A DNA stretch of 63,342 nt, counting the filler, from Basidiobolus ranarum (lineage: Eukaryota): the NCBI GenBank assembly GCA_040143965.1. It is 48 parts of 48 records of this genome, joined end to end, with 100 filler letters (N's around TTAATTAATTAA, not from the genome) between each part and the next. Parts side by side here need not be neighbours in the genome. Positions count along the whole stretch, not along the records: positions 62,128 to 63,342 come from JASJQH010012840.1; 47 more parts are not named here. One strand, written 5' to 3'. Below the pieces are notes generated by a model. It saw nothing but the letters and a program-made list of their open reading frames with translations. It was not told where the DNA came from and made no database searches. Made by a program: the position numbers and the translations under genes. This document shows, in pieces, positions 62,128-63,342 of this stretch; position 1 is the first letter of the stretch, and each line of letters opens with the position of its first letter.

Positions 62128-62710
62128 ATCCACTTGGTAGTCTGGAAACTGCTTGAACAACACATTGTGTGGTAGCTAATCTGGTAACGTTGTGTCCGAG
62201 TGCTTCCAAAGATTTAATGCAATGTTCAACGTATTGTGACTCTACAGTCACTTCATCTGGCATTAGCTGATGATGAGCACGAGGTGCAGCAATTGCTTTA
62301 TCGACACTTCCAGCCAAATCATATATATTGAGAATGGCTTGGATGGTTGCCGTTGTTATGTAACTACCACCACTAACACCCACTGCTAAAGATGGATACC
62401 CGTCGGTCTCTACTATGGTTGGTGACATGGAAGAGAGTGGACGTTTACCGGGTTGGATAAAATTGTCTGGCAATGGAAGGAACCCGAATGCATTCACCAA
62501 TCCAGGTGAAGAGGAATCATCCATGTCATTATTAAAAACAATACCAGTTTCATGATCCATAACTTTAGATCCAAATTCAAGATTGATAGTGGTGGTCAAA
62601 GCCACTGCTCCACCTTCTTTATCCATGGTCAATAAATGTGCGGTACCTGGGGTAGTAACTTGGTTGGTAATATTCAACTGGAAAAGTTCTTGTGTCTGAA
62701 ATGTTACGAA
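62128..62710 (-). pseudogene. Gamma-glutamyltransferase small-subunit region with a frameshift
   Basis: GTAHL, TTTINLEFGS, NNDMDD, PGKRPLSSMSP, PRAHHQLMPD; the upstream conserved ISDTRTFPVEYYQP lies in another frame. Confidence 0.75.
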
Positions 62711-63342
62711 ATGACTTTACACATCACAATATCCAATCAAGTAGGTGGCATAATATCCAATAAGTGAGGTCAACCTTTCAATCTATGATAAACAATCTAT
62801 AATGTAATTGGTTTGAATTAGTATCGAAGAAGAAGTGGGTGGTGGAAAGAAGCACTGTAATCAGAAATATTGTGAGAAAAGTAAGCAAAGTAGGTACCTT
62901 CAAAGTAGTCTATTAAGAATGTACCTTCTATCTTGCGATTTATAGGCTCAATATCACCACTTGATATCTCGGTCATCTGACTCTGAATAAATAACCACTA
63001 ATTCATTACTAATAAGCAATGGTTGAACACATGGTTGTAGCTTTTAGCTGAAAGTATTCTGATTTGTGATAGAGAGGGCGGTTAATAAGATAGAGAAGGC
63101 GGTTACTGAGTTTCTCGAGTCTATTCCAATTGCAATAGTTCCCTAGTTCCGTATATTATCGAAGGTTTGTATCTGGGGGCTTATATTAAGTAATGATATC
63201 ACTTGAGCCAAGGAGTTTCTCAAGAATAAAATTGCTGCGTAATCCTCAACGTATTCAGCGAAAGAGAAAACGTATCGATGGATTATTCGAACTTTAAAAG
63301 GTTTTAACTTATGTAGCCAAGGTATGTACGTTGTCGGGGTAT

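Overview
This is not one continuous locus. It is 48 unplaced contigs of about 1.2 kb (1229 bp falling to 1215 bp, so size-sorted) joined by 47 artificial 100-bp linkers (N44-TTAATTAATTAA-N44), so adjacency means something only inside a contig. The host is a eukaryote, most likely a fungus (short GT-AG introns, fungal-type proteins); an early-diverging lineage is my guess only. About three quarters of the contigs are nested, CpG-decayed transposon debris: (i) a CMC/EnSpm (CACTA-like) DNA transposon with CCCTAACA...TGTTAGGG termini, a tnp2-type transposase and an apparently divergent second ORF, often inserted into itself; (ii) Ty1/Copia families with half-tRNA(iMet)-type primer-binding sites; (iii) Ty3/Gypsy fragments; (iv) a PIF/Harbinger-like element; (v) a solo LTR carrying a whole tRNA-like cloverleaf. 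The CpG-rich contigs hold host gene fragments: a convergent alcohol dehydrogenase/pyruvate decarboxylase pair, tandem CsbD-like genes, an O-fucosyltransferase-like gene, a PiT/Pho89 phosphate transporter, tandem subtilisins, tandem sugar transporters, the 3' half of U6 snRNA with an extra UUCG hairpin, a secreted Gly-rich protein, catalase and a frameshifted gamma-glutamyltransferase. Best leads: the tRNA-bearing LTR, the CCCTAA-ended two-gene transposon, and the PDC-ADH pair. All identifications are by-eye motif recognition with no database search, and many TE boundaries are approximate.
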